This document shows positions 12,862-25,264 of a stretch of DNA of 64,000 bases, piece by piece (the first letter of the stretch is position 1; each line of letters opens with the position of its first letter). The translations under genes and the position numbers were made by a program. The DNA comes from Takakia lepidozioides (Eukaryota > Plantae > Bryophyta), in the NCBI GenBank assembly GCA_030704615.1, contig CM060732.1:64356001-64420000 (forward strand). The letters are read 5' to 3'. The notes beneath the pieces are model-generated. The model saw nothing but the letters and a program-made list of their open reading frames with translations, was not told the DNA's origin and searched no databases.

Positions 12862-14775
12862 TCGATCGAGCGAGCGAGGCAGAGTGAGAGAGAAAGAGGG
12901 AAGCTCGCTGCGCGTGTGCATGCGAATGTGCGTGTGCAGTGCTGTTCACCTCAATCTTTCGCTCAATCGCTCCGATCGAGCACTGGGAGAGAAGCTTGCG
13001 CATGTGCGGAGCATGGTTGGCCTCATACGTCCTCATTCATTCTTGATCTTTCAATGCTTCAATAATGCTTCGGGAGATTGAGTTAGCGGCAACGCAACCT
13101 TGAGGTTGAGCTTTCAGAGTGGTCATTTGCAAACCGGAAGGCTTCAGTGCAACAGAATTGCGTGAGAAATTGACTGAGATTGATTTTACTCTATCAAAAG
13201 AAGAGGTACCTATATGGAGAAGAGGTGTCTGTGTGACGAGAGTGGAATGGGAGCGCTAGATATGAAATGCTCGTTTCTCTCATTCACAGGTGTCTGTATA
13301 AGGAGGAAATTTTATGGTGGCACAAGAGAAGTGAGAGATAGCTCGCACATTTGGGATTCTCGATCGAGCGAGCGAGGCAGAGTGAGAGAGACAGAGGGAA
13401 GCTCGCTGCGCGTGTGCATGCGAATGTGCGTGTGCAGTGCTGTTCACCTCAATCTTTCGCTCAATCGCTCCGATCGAGCACCGGGAGAGAAGCTTGCGCA
13501 TGTGCGGAGCATGGTTGGCCTCATACGTCCTCATTCATTCTTGATCCAATGCTTCAAATTCGAATCAATGCTTCGGGAGATTGAGTTAGCGGCAACGCAA
13601 CCTTGAGGTTGAGCTTTCAGAGTGGTCATTTGCAAACCGGAAGGCTTCAGTGCGACAGAATTGCGTGAGAAATTGACTGAGATTGATTTTACTCTATCAA
13701 AAGAAGAGGTACCTATATGGAGAAGAGGTGTCTGTGTGACGAGAGTGGAATGGGAGCTCTAGATATCAAATTCTCGTTTCCCTCATTCACAGGTTTCTGT
13801 ATAAGGAAGAAATTTTATGGTGGCACAAGAGAAGTGAGAGATAGCTCGCACATTTGGGATTCTCGATCGAGCGAGCGAGGCAGAGTGAGAGAGACAGAGG
13901 GAAACTCGCTGCGCGTGTGCATGCGAATGTGCGTGTGCAGTGCTGTTCACCTCAATCTTTCGCTCAATCGCTCCGATCGAGCACCGGGAGAGAAGCTTGC
14001 GCATGTGCGGAGCATGGTTGGCCTCATACGTCCTCATTCATTCTTGATCCAATGCTTCAAATTCGAATCAATGCTTCGGGAGATTGAGTTAGCGGCAACG
14101 CAACCTTGAGGTTGAGCTTTCAGAGTGGTCATTTGCAAACCGGAAGGCTTCAGTGCGACAGAATTGCGTGAGAAATTGACTGAGATTGATTTTACTCTAT
14201 CAAAAGAAGAGGTACCTATATGGAGAAGAGGTGTCTGTGTGACGAGAGTGGAATGGGAGCTCTAGATATCAAATTCTCGTTTCCCTCATTCACAGGTGTC
14301 TGTATAAGGAAGAAATTTTATGGTGGCACAAGAGAAAGCTCGCACATTTGGGATTCTCGATCGAGCGAGCGAGGCAGAGTGAGGGAAGCTCGCTGCGCGT
14401 GTGCATGCGAATGTCCCTGCGCAGTGCAGTGCACCTAAATCTTTCGCTCAATCGCTCCGATCGCGCACCGGGAGAGAAGCTTGCGCAGAGCATGGTTGGC
14501 CTCATACGTCCTCATTCATTCTTGATCCAATGCTTCAAATTCGAGTCAATTGTTCGGGAGATTGAGTTAGCGGCAAAGCAACCTTGAGCTTGAGCTTTCA
14601 TAGTGGTCACTTGCGAACTGGAAGGCTTCAGTGCGACAGAATTGAGTGAGAGATTGACGAGACTGATTTTACTCTATCGAGGAATTGAAGCTCTAGATAT
14701 CAAGTGCTTGTTTCCCTCATTCACAGGTATCTGGAAGAGATTTTATGGTGGTGGAGGAGAAGTGAGAGATAGCTC
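12862..14775 (+). repeat. Tandem array of about four ~500-bp units
   Basis: The unit start TCGATCGAGCGAGCGAGGCAGAGTG recurs at about 12862, 13360, 13863 and 14357. Matching ORF starts at 13214, 13717 and 14220 give a period of 503. The fourth copy is degenerate. Confidence 0.95.
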
Positions 14776-15054
14776 GTGCATGTGTGTGGGCGCAAGTTTA
14801 CGCCGGGGAAAGAAAAGGAGGAGGCCAGAAGTTTTGTAACAGGGGAGAGTAGAATTGAAGAGGTATTTTGCTCTATTCTCTCATTCCTTCTGCTTTTCCT
14901 TTTCCGACTCACAGACATCCACATCCAGCGAGTGACACATACAGGAAGAGAGAGAGAGGGAAGCTTGCCCATCTTATGCTGCTCGGACAATGAAGAGAAG
15001 ATACCAACTGTCCGCTTCTTTGAGCATTCACAGATAATCCTTGGAAGAGAACTG

Positions 15055-15969
15055 ATGATGGTGGAGGAGAAGAAAGGGCGTCCAGTATGGCTCCCCAATT
15101 TCTTAGGGGCTCACTACTCTACGAAATGTGAGAAGCACGAGCGAGACAAGACCCGATTCTGTGTGGAGTGCAGTTTGGGCCCTTTGTGTCCCAATGATCT
15201 CAACGCCCATTTTGGCCACAAGATCTTGCAGGTCAGGAAAGCCTCCAGGAGGGATGCAGTCCGCAGCAGCGAAATCCAAGCTGTTATGGACGTTTCCAGC
15301 ATCCAGCTATATGTGATAAACTCGGAGAGCATTCTTCATCTTCATGGCAGGTTGCCCTCAATGCATACCATAAAGGGAGGCCCCAAGTGCCAGACCTGTC
15401 TTGGTGGAATAATGGCTGCAGAGTTTCGGTTTTGCTCAATAAATTGCAAGTTTTTGGCAATGAAAGAGCCCGGACAAGATGAGTTCTTTTCATCCCCCCC
15501 AAGCAATCAGGGATTATCTCTCCCGTCTTGGGGTGCCAAACGAAAGCGGACTGTAAGAAACAGGGATGTCCTCCTTGCACTCCTTGCATTGCAGCACAAG
15601 TTTCCAAGGCATTCCTTGCGCAAGAATAGGCACCCCCACAGAGCAGGGCCTGCTTCTGGGTCAGCAACTGGGAGTATGGAAGAGGATGCTGCCATCTCTC
15701 TTCTTATGCTTTGCAGACCTAGTGGGATTCAGAGGTCTTTGCTAGTGAAAAGGAGAAGACATGCTGGAAAGGCTACACGCAAAGTGAGCCCTTCCCTGAG
15801 AGTGACCCTGCAAGCCACCATCTCCGAGAAGCAAGCTTTGCCAGGCAAAATGGATGCCATGGAGATAGAAGAAGCTGCAGGGGTCAAGCAGTGTTTGCCA
15901 GTCATGGAAGAGATGGAAGTGCACCACAAGAAGCGGATATATGCAGACGTGGGTGAGGGAAGTTATTAG
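15055..15969 (+). CDS. PLATZ zinc-binding transcription factor, intronless
   Basis: PVWL..FL...C..H...FCVEC...LC..D..AH.GHKILQVRKAS..DAVR...MDVSSIQLYVIN...CQTC...FRFCSINCK, then a basic NLS-like stretch (KRKR). Likely start ATG at 15055/15058. Confidence 0.9.
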   Translation: MMVEEKKGRPVWLPNFLGAHYSTKCEKHERDKTRFCVECSLGPLCPNDLNAHFGHKILQVRKASRRDAVRSSEIQAVMDVSSIQLYVINSESILHLHGRLPSMHTIKGGPKCQTCLGGIMAAEFRFCSINCKFLAMKEPGQDEFFSSPPSNQGLSLPSWGAKRKRTVRNRDVLLALLALQHKFPRHSLRKNRHPHRAGPASGSATGSMEEDAAISLLMLCRPSGIQRSLLVKRRRHAGKATRKVSPSLRVTLQATISEKQALPGKMDAMEIEEAAGVKQCLPVMEEMEVHHKKRIYADVGEGSY

Positions 15970-16050
15970 AGGAGAAGTTCATAAAGAAACTTGGCCGAGT
16001 CTGGACTGGACAGCCCAAATTGTTTTTTCATTTTATTGATTGAAATTTCT

Positions 16051-18080
16051 TTATTCCACCAGTGTAGAAGTTTCTCTTCCAGCAAGACGGGATTTTGCTG
16101 CACATTCTGCTACCTCCACATTGCGATGAATTCTGCATGCACCAAGCAAGGCCCCCCACACCGAAGCACCTGGCTCAGTTGGCATTTTCTTAATGAAGTC
16201 TTCTGCCTTCAATTTCCCTGCACGGATAAGAAGGTCCACTCTGCAGCCAAAATGCTCAACTGTAGGAGTGAGGCCGTGATCTGCACTCATGGAATCGAAG
16301 TGCTGAAGGCCATCATCTACAAAGCCCAGATGGCTACAAGCTGAGAGAAGAGATATAAATGTGATCCCATCTGGTTTGAAGCCCTCCTGTTGCATCTGTT
16401 CAAATAGTTGGAGGGCTTCCCTACCAAACCATTGGGCATATCCGGCTATCATTATGTTCCACGAGACTCCATCCCGTTCAGCCATGTTGTCAAACACTTC
16501 ACGCGCCTCCTTCATGCTCCCACATTTGGCCTACATGTCCACAAGGGTCTTCTCTAAGTTTATAGATGCAAGTCCAGCTTTCATGACGTCAGCATGGACC
16601 TCAATGCCCTTTTGCAGTGCTGCCTGGCTGGCACACACATTGAGAATGCAAATGAGTTTTGACATATTTCACAGAGCAGGTAGTGTAAACCTGGGTAGCG
16701 ACACCCTCTCCCCCTTTATTATGCCTTCTACTAACAGCTGAGCAGACAGTCTAATCAAGTGTTTGAATTGGGAGACCATTTGACTATATTAGGATACTTA
16801 CCGGGCATTACAAAGTGGTCTAAAATCCTGTTTGTGTGGCAGGATTTTTGCTATTACGCCAATGTAATATTTGTGGCCATGCTCCTCTTCTTCCCAAACA
16901 ATGACAAGTTGTTTTTAATCTGCTTCTCTTTCTCTGAGGTCAGTGTATTATCAAGCCACTCTGTTTCGTATTGGCTGTAGTGTGTACACCCATCACGTTT
17001 TTTTTACATCGTTTTACTTCTGGCATTTGTGCAGGGACCATTGGCATGGGCATTGATTGTGTGGCGCTGTAGTCTTGTCTTCAGCTCCATTGACAAGATT
17101 GTTAGTGTGCTTATACATTTACTTCCAGGTGAGCATGGCACTTCATAGAGACTTTTCATCTGTTGAATTTGTTATGTATGCTTTTCGACCTGATCTGATT
17201 AAGAAGTTGGTGGTTCTTTGCAGGAACGGTGCTTTTTATAATTCGCTGGTGGGATCCAAGCACATTCTCCCATCATTCTGGGCATGAAACAGGCCCTTGG
17301 CCAGCATGGCCCTTGTTGGAGAGTGGTCAAGCACTTAGGAGTCTGGACATGGTTATTGTCGTGCCTCTATTTGCATACTGGCTGTGGGCAGATGCTGTAC
17401 TTTCTTGATGTGCTACAACGGCAGCGATTGCTCAGGGATCCCGAGGTTATGACCTCATACAGGTCTGTCCAGGTTGGGGAATTATCCTCCATTTAATCTC
17501 TCCGGTTGTTATTACTTGCCCGATCATTTGCTCATACATCTCCAAGGCCTCCCTCTCACACCCATGCTGAGTATATCCGGCGATCATTGCACTCCATGTG
17601 ACCACATCTCATTCAGCCATATTGTTGAATACTTGATGTGCATCCTCCATGAGTTGGCATACATGTCAACAAGGGCAGTCTCCAAATTTCTATAGGACAC
17701 GATTCCAGCTTTCCTAATGTCAGCATGGACCTCTTGGCCCTTTTTCTAGAGCTGACAGGCTGGAACACACATTGAGTACACAGATGAATTTGACCTTGCT
17801 GGGTGTCACTCCTGCTCGTATCATTTGCTCATAGATCTCCAAAGCCTCCCTACCATACCCATGCTGAGCATATCCTGTGATCATTGCATTCCATGACTAA
17901 ATTGCGATCGATTGGATCAATCCACAAAGCATTATCATGGCTGCTTCAGTCAAGACCTGCTTGACCAATTCTTTCACACTCTCCATGGCGATAGCCTCAC
18001 CTTTTGAAACCTGTTGTCCCACCACTGTGAAGGATCCAAGAAGAACTCTTGCCAGAGCTGTTCTATGCTCCCTGCGTGAC
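16051..18080 (-). pseudogene. PLS-class (E-subgroup-like) PPR pseudogene with an upstream OSB/PDF-like exon, split by an ~850-bp insert
   Basis: 17515-17897 reads SWNAMITGYAQHGYGREALEIYEQM...VHADI..AG...LETALVDMYA. 16051-16660 reads LVDM*AKCGSMKEAREVFD...SWNIMIAGYAQ...TFISLLSACSHLG...VWGALLGACRIH. In-frame stop and frameshifts are present. An exon at 18001-18080 encodes EQLWQEFFLDPSQWWDNRFQK. Confidence 0.85.
16843..17462 (+). pseudogene. Three-exon internal fragment of glycerophosphocholine acyltransferase (GPCAT/GPC1, DUF2838 family)
   Basis: Exon 16843-16938: [10 protein letters not shown]...CFSFSE. Exon 17035-17128: [31 protein letters not shown]. Exon 17224-17462: FIIRWWDP...QRLLRDPEVMTSYR, frameshifted. 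GT-AG introns are intact; start and stop exons are absent. Confidence 0.85.
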
Positions 18081-18910
18081 CTGTGTGCAAACAGCACTAC
18101 AGCCTAAATCTTTAGCAGCTCAAAAGAGTCTGAATATTATTGAGAAAATGATTGGATAGGGCTGTCCTAAAGTAAGCTCTCTCATGGGCCCTTGTGGTCC
18201 TGTGTGGCTGGTACAAAGTTTCTCTCTCAACCACAGTAAGACTGACATAGAATCACAGCAATATGTGACATCTGTGTGGGATTGGGAGTTAGAAAAGCAG
18301 TGGAAACAACGAACTGGCCATACCAGACCTTACAACACTTCATCCCCGGATGATTTTCCCAGACAAATGAATGCAATTTCCCATGGACTGGGTCAACACG
18401 CTATGGAACCTGGATGGCTCCCCATCAACTGGCAGATCCAAAGAAAATGAAATTCACATAGAACCGCCCCCGGCCCATGTATTTGTCCACCTATCCCTCA
18501 AATTTCAGAAATTTGGGGAAAATTGTTGGGTTATCTCCTTCGTAGTGATCTTACTTAGCACATATCAAACCAAACAAATACCTTCATGGCTCTTACCATG
18601 TACCTGCCTCACTTACCCATTTCAATGCGTAGCATGGCTTTTTCCTTGGTACAAATTTTCTTCTCTCTTCACCACCACCAAACTCGACCATGCTCCTCTC
18701 TCACAATCCATATACTTCAATTTAGCTTCTTGAATTTAGCTTCTGGCATGACTGCTGCGTCGATGCAGCTACTAAGTATGGAGTATTATTGTGTAACAAA
18801 TTAATAACACAACCTTTGTAAAATAGTGGGGTGTTAGAAAAGTGTAACACTAAACATAGAGGGTTAGCATTTAGCACTTCTGGAGGGAACACTTCTAGAT
18901 ATTAGACTCT

Positions 18911-18982
18911 GCAATATGTGGCTCTTCCCTTAGACCTGGATTTAGGGCAATATGTGGCTCTTCCCTTAGACCTGGATTTAGG
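18911..18982 (+). repeat. Perfect 36-bp tandem duplication
   Basis: GCAATATGTGGCTCTTCCCTTAGACCTGGATTTAGG twice. Confidence 0.9.
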
Positions 18983-19707
18983 AAGTCACAGCTATTCTAA
19001 AAAAGGGATGTGACCTAAGAGAGGTCACAAGTCGAGGTCACACTTGTTTTGGGAGATGTTGAGGATCTTGCGCTATCCACAACTTCAGCATACAGACTCT
19101 CGAGCATAATTTGCACGGGTCTCATTGCCAGAAGAAGAGAGCTAGTGAGCACACCTTTCCTTCCCATCGCACCGCGGTCATCATAACCTTGCTAGACAGA
19201 GTAACCTCTTGAAAAACTGGACTCGACTTGGAATATCTGAAACTCAAAGATCCAACTAACCTTTTTGCCATATTCAGAAGAGTAATCTTACACAGTTCTA
19301 GGTGGAAGCTGTAGCAACCCTGGAGAGACGTGCCAGGCCACATTGTGGCAAACAAAATTTCGTTTCTTGCACATGTGTTTGAAGGTGACGTGAGACGGAA
19401 AGAAAGTGCCAGCTACAAATGTGTTAGTGAACAAACTCATTAACATCCACAGCATGATTGTTTTTTGGGTTATGTAGGACGACATCTACTCATTGGGTCC
19501 TTCAATCTGAGCAGTGATAAGGTAGCTGAAGGATAAAAAAACAGGAATCTTGGGAGGAATAATAGATTGATCAAAGGACTAAAGCAAGAAAGTCTTGATA
19601 TGGTCTTATGCTTTAACAAGATGGTTTCATCCACCCGTTCTCATGTAGAAGTACAATTTCAATTTCCTTCACCACTACCACAACATGGGAAGTCGATATC
19701 CGTGTTA

Positions 19708-22700
19708 CTAAGAGGAGGCCATAGGTTGCAACTCTGTTAGGGACTTTGTGTCCACGCCCGATTCTCGCAACAGTGCCACCCTTCCAGTCCGCGCCACCTG
19801 GCAACAACACATGAAGAGCTTTTGTCATGAAAAGAATTCTTAGCCCATCATTGGCTGACAAATCTGGCTAAAGTAGACAAACTCAATCACTTGTCTCAGC
19901 CTAGTGCTCCTTTAGTGATACCAACTGGGAGAACCAAGGATCCATAAGGACAGACACCCAGGATCTCAAGAGGAACACTAGAAGTAAGAATTGATGATAT
20001 ATCTAACCTCCAAAATTCCAAAGGGCTCCAGCAGGCGTTGCAGCGCAGCCATTTTCTCAAGATCTCCAGTCAACTGCATTCAGGAGCCACCCACTTCACT
20101 CATAAGAACACACACTAGTATGGAGCACAAATAGCCCATACGCATAGTGGAAGATCTTAAGGCACGTCGGACTCCTACATACTCATGTCATATAACACAT
20201 TCCTGACTGTGTGCAAGGGGCTGCACTTTTGAACCACAGTATTGTTCTGTGTTTATGTTTAGGACACGGGTAGAGACCGCAAATTTGAAGATGTTCCACA
20301 ACAAGCCAGGTTTCTTATTGATTGTATTGATGGCTCCGTGGGGGCCCAGCATCTATTTTCACCCTGACATGGATTATCTGAGCCTGATAAGCTTCCTGCA
20401 TCTACCACATTTAGCTATCATGGGGCCTTTGGATGAACCTCGAGAGTGATAGTGCAGTTGGAGAGATCAACCGTCTTGGCACGGAATATTCCAGCCACAT
20501 CCAGGACCTCTCGGCGCACACTGGCAGAGGCTGCCACCTTGATAAGCATTAGCTCCCTCTGTGCAAATGGCATATGTGTGATATCTTGCACCTGCCCCAT
20601 ATCAAATCACTAATGTGAGATACGAATGCCTTCATGAAGTGTTTCAACACTATTTATCGAGGTCCACAACTGAATAAACCTCACCGAACGGAAGGGAATG
20701 GGCAATGCACCTGGAGAACGTCAATAAGCTTCACAAGCTGACTCAGCAGTTTGTTGATGGATTCATCAGTGCCAGGTACCACCGTCAACATTCGGGATAT
20801 GCCTTCGGTCTCAGCTGCTCCCACAGCTAGACTCTGCACAGATTTCCTCCTCCAGGAGTGCTATGAAATGTGCTTGCAGAGAAGTATGAAGATAGAGTCT
20901 ATACCAAGAAATCTTTTCACTGCTAGGTCTAGGAAAGGTGCCTATAATTGAATGCTCAGCCAGAACAAATCTACAGATGCAAATACATAACAGATGCCAC
21001 AAACTGAGTAGAGTCATACACAATGTTCTCTGTATAAAGCTAAGGCATATCACATCCAACTGAATAGGTCAATCTTGTGGAACATCCACAACCTACAGCT
21101 GCTATTTACAGAACTCTTTCCAGTTCATAAGTTTGTACGTTTTTACCACCCACATGTTGGAAAGTGTACTATTGTAGCCCTTGCTACATCAGCTTTAGCT
21201 TGCAAGAATGAATTATTCCAAATCAACAGATGGTCATCACAAAGTTACAGGATTCTGTTCCAAACTGACTTAAAAAAGCATCACAGCTACTAGCTGAGAA
21301 AAGCGTATCCCCCATAGCAGAACAAACTTACTGCAGCAGTGCCGAGCTCTTTAAGCAGCCACTAGTATAATAACCCTGGTATCCCAAGTTGCTTCAGAAT
21401 AACAAAGTTTCCAGAGGTGAGGAAAAGACAGTGGGAAAATGGCAGGAGCACAGTGATTAATTGTCAGGGACAGTAGTTCTTCCATCTTCTCAGCACACAT
21501 ATAGTCCATACCTGGATATTATAACCGCGCCGCGAGAAAACCCCTGTAATTCGATTAAGCACGCCAGGGGCATCATTCACCAACATTGACAGAGTATGTG
21601 ATTTGAAGCCACTTGCCTGCCACCCATAACTGCACCTATAAGCCCCGTCCATGGTTTACACATTCCCTCTAACCTATTTTGATGAAACTAAAACCTGTTA
21701 GTCATCCTAGTTTAAGGTGTTCAAGGTGCACAGCCATTCCGAACATACTTTTCTTTAGCAAGTCTCTCTGTAATTCAGTACAAGCCAAAAAAATGACAAT
21801 TTCTTTGATCCTAAAATTGTTCGAGTTGAAAGAGAACACTTACATCCTCATCCTCCAGGCCTCCCCAATGGGCATCCAGAACTTGATGGTACCATAACCC
21901 ATCATCATCAGATTCCACTGAATACACATCGCCCTAAATCACACAGCACATTTCTTATATGTCAGAAGCAGTTACCAGGTTTGCCAAAGCCATTTGTGGG
22001 GATTCAAAATAACAACCTTTCTAGCCCCAGATGGTTGCAAAACCACATCAGCACCATCTACGAGCAATCCAGAAAACAGAGACACTCAAGTCAGGACAGT
22101 AAGAGATAGACCACTCAGACTATCCAGTGATAGCTACTTTGCACAAGTTCAATTCCCTTGAGTACAGATAACTCACATTTGCAGGAGGATCATAGCGAGG
22201 TGAAGGAATCACGCTCTCACCCCCGTCGGACTGGAAAGGTTTTTGCACTTCCTCTTGCATATCGTCGGATGCAAATGACCCATTGCTTTTTGCTGCATCA
22301 CTGACTACTGTAACAGTCTGTGTTCCAGACTTTTCTCGCCTCAACGCTATCTGCACCATACCCCTTTGCTCCTTATTCCATTTTGTTGCAGAAACGCACA
22401 CTGGATATGCACCACAGCAATCTTATAGATTGTGCAACAGCACAGAGTAAAGCTCTATCAGGAAAGACTGTTTGTCTCTAGACCATAGAATCTTCACACT
22501 CAGACTCAAATTAATTGAGGCTGGAACCTCCCTTAACCTCTCCTCTCTTTGCCAGTACGATCTAATGCAGGGATGACATTGATAACAAATGTGAAGGGGT
22601 TTAAGCCTGGGCTCCACAGGTATCAATAACTTGTCGGATGGCTATGATGGATCCAGCTGAGGCTACTTCACCTTCTTTTCTTGCAGGAAATGCTACCAAA

Positions 22701-25157
22701 GGAGTGAGGCTTTGAGCTCTCTCAAACCTCAAATCTGTTTGTATGTGTTGATTATGTACACATACTACTGCTCTTTGTGCTCTGAATGGTGTGGGATCTA
22801 TAAATTTGTACCCACATGGAAAGGAGTTCCTTTAAGGAGACACACCTACTACTATTGGTTCTTCCTAAGATATCAAAGTGAGGAGGCAGATCTGTTCGTG
22901 AGAAGAGCCTACCTAGTGTGCATCTGTTTGCCACTTAGAACACCTGAACTAAATTTCCAGTAAGGATTTGCAAATCCCCTTTCGCTGTTGCCATTACAAG
23001 ATGTAAAATATCAAGAGCAGAAAAAACTTACAAGCTTCCCACCTTGCCAGTGCGAGCAACCTCTTTGATGCCAAACTTGCTCATTGTGCGCTGCATTGCT
23101 GCAATCTTGCCTGGATCACCTGTCACCTGCAAAAATTAAAACCGTAAAAGGTGCACTTTTGTTAGTGTTCAACTGGGATTCTTTTCTAGAATACACATAC
23201 ACATGACCCCACCAATCACTCACCTGCATCGTTGACACAAGCAATTCAAAACATACAGTCATAAAAGTTGACTGCGAAAATACCTCAATTGTCAGTGACT
23301 GCTCAGCAACATCCACCACACGGGCTCTGAAGATATGCACCAAACCAAGCACCTGTTATGCATCAGTAACAACTAAGTAGGTTTAGTGGAAACCAGGGGC
23401 AAGTCAGTGAACACATGAGGCACCTATATTAAGGACAAAGACTTTCCAGGTTGACTTCTTCAGGTTTACAACTTACGGTTTCTACTGTTCCAGAGCTTGA
23501 AAAAATTAAACGGGTCATTGATTGTAACTTACTGTTGGAACTATCTGTACAACAATCCTACAGACAATCAGCAGCTAATATTCTAACTTCTTTTGTATGT
23601 TTTAACAAATTGCACTAACTGGGTCTCATTTTATTTGACCACTGCTCATAAGGCAGAGGACTATTACCCTGCAAGTTTCATGGCTTGTTCACTTCCCTGC
23701 TGTGTCTGCAAAAGATGGCCCTTTTAACAGTTCAGAAAAGCCAAGACAATTTCTGGCAGTAATTGCTAGCTGGAGAAGCCTTAGAAGTGGGCAATGCACC
23801 TCCATGTATGTAGCGCCACTACTGCTGAGACTACCTTTTTCTAGAACACTGGTTTCCTCTCTCAACCGGCGGGTCTACCAGCACCTGCATGTCGAATTGC
23901 AGATAGCTCATGGAACTTCTCCACCAAAAACGTGGTTGGATAAAAGCAACGAATGCTAGATTTTCACCAAAGATGCTTCCAGCATTGTAACATGTCTTGT
24001 GACTTCATTTACCCACATAGAACATGGTCTGGAAGGCATGGAATCTTACCTCTGTCTGTTGATCTGCATTCACATTGATCTTGAGAAGCATGAGCTCTCG
24101 TTCCACTCTGGGCACCTTTGACAGATCTGCTACCTACGAAATCAGCACTGCTCTGTGCTTCAGAGTCTTCATTCATGCATCAATACATGGGTTCAGTGGA
24201 TGATCCATCAAATAGCACATCAATAGTCAGTCACTCTCCACTCCATTGTAGGTTCCAGAATTAAACTGGACAGTGGCCATTCTACATTTAAGATGACATC
24301 ATATGGTAGTTGTCAATCATATCTTAAGCTATACCTCGGCAAGGGAAGCAGCAGAGCTACAGGCACATATACACAAGAATAGATACGCATGCATTCTAAG
24401 CAGGAAAATACCTGGCGGACATTGACAAGCTTGTAGAGCTGTTTCATAACTTGCTGCAACACTCGGTCAGTGCCCGACACAACAATTGTAAAGAGAGCCT
24501 TGTCTTTGTTAAGCCCAACAGCCAAGGATTCAATATTGTAACCCCTCCGAGCAAAAACTCCTGCAATTCGGTTGATCATCCCACTCTCATCCCCCACAAA
24601 TACAGAAACCGTGTACCGCCGAACCCTGTAGCAAGACGAATATCAAGTTGAATTCAGACCTAAATTCTCATGAAACAACTGCTCTAACTACAGATCACCC
24701 ATAACACTCTCAGAAGTACAAACGCAGGCACACTCAAATCCCCAACCTACTATATTCATGCCTACCCTACAAGAAATGTCACCAGAAATCCGTCCAGAAG
24801 ACCGTATCATCCCCTGTACCCACTCCACGAACCTCCAGCTCTCCACAGTCAGCGAAAGAGAAAAAAACGCACTCACCATGGTACCGATCTGGGAGGGGCG
24901 GTGTCTGGTATACGTGTGGGAACCACGGCTTCATCCACCGCACACCGGATTCCTCTCTGCTGAACCACATTTCTTTGCGGCTGTTGCACCCATTTTCTCC
25001 CAAGGGATTCCCGCCCGCGTATGCCTGGCATTGCTCGTGATTTGGTAGCATCGCACCTCAATGGGCAGTAGGTAGAGATGTCTGTTTTGACGGCAGCATT
25101 GCTACTCACTCCAGGACGCAGCATTGTGTGCGCCATGGACTTACAACATAGATTCAT
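19708..25157 (-). CDS. Acetohydroxyacid (acetolactate) synthase small regulatory subunit, plastid, about 12 exons, two ACT repeats
   Basis: Transit-peptide exon 24877-25157. First repeat: [27 protein letters not shown] (24412-24625), [23 protein letters not shown]. Second repeat: [47 protein letters not shown], and last exon [16 protein letters not shown]...* (19708-19797). Exon borders are GT-AG. Confidence 0.93.
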
Positions 25158-25238
25158 GCCTCCTTCAACTGTCCAAGAAATCCCAGCTGCTCTGAACGCC
25201 CCTCAACAGAGCGATCACTTCGGATACAAGGAGCTAAG

Positions 25239-25264
25239 CCCTAAACCCTAAACCCTAAACCCTA
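25239..25264 (+). promoter_or_regulatory. Telo-box / short interstitial plant telomere repeat upstream of the AHAS small subunit start
   Basis: (CCCTAAA)3 CCCTA about 80 bp upstream of the ATG at 25157. Confidence 0.6.

Noticed and set aside
12766-14839. Repeated 65-130 aa ORFs in the tandem array
   Set aside because: By-products of the repeat. Indels between units break the frames and no domain is recognisable.
14776-15054. 93-codon N-terminal extension of the PLATZ ORF
   Set aside because: Starts at a non-ATG codon at the repeat edge and looks like UTR or intron sequence. PLATZ homology begins after ATG 15055.
17897-18097. ORF-track peptide VGQQVSKGEAIAMESVK resembling a lipoyl domain
   Set aside because: Another frame gives a much better, splice-bounded OSB/PDF motif (WWDNR). 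The lipoyl-like text crosses a splice donor.
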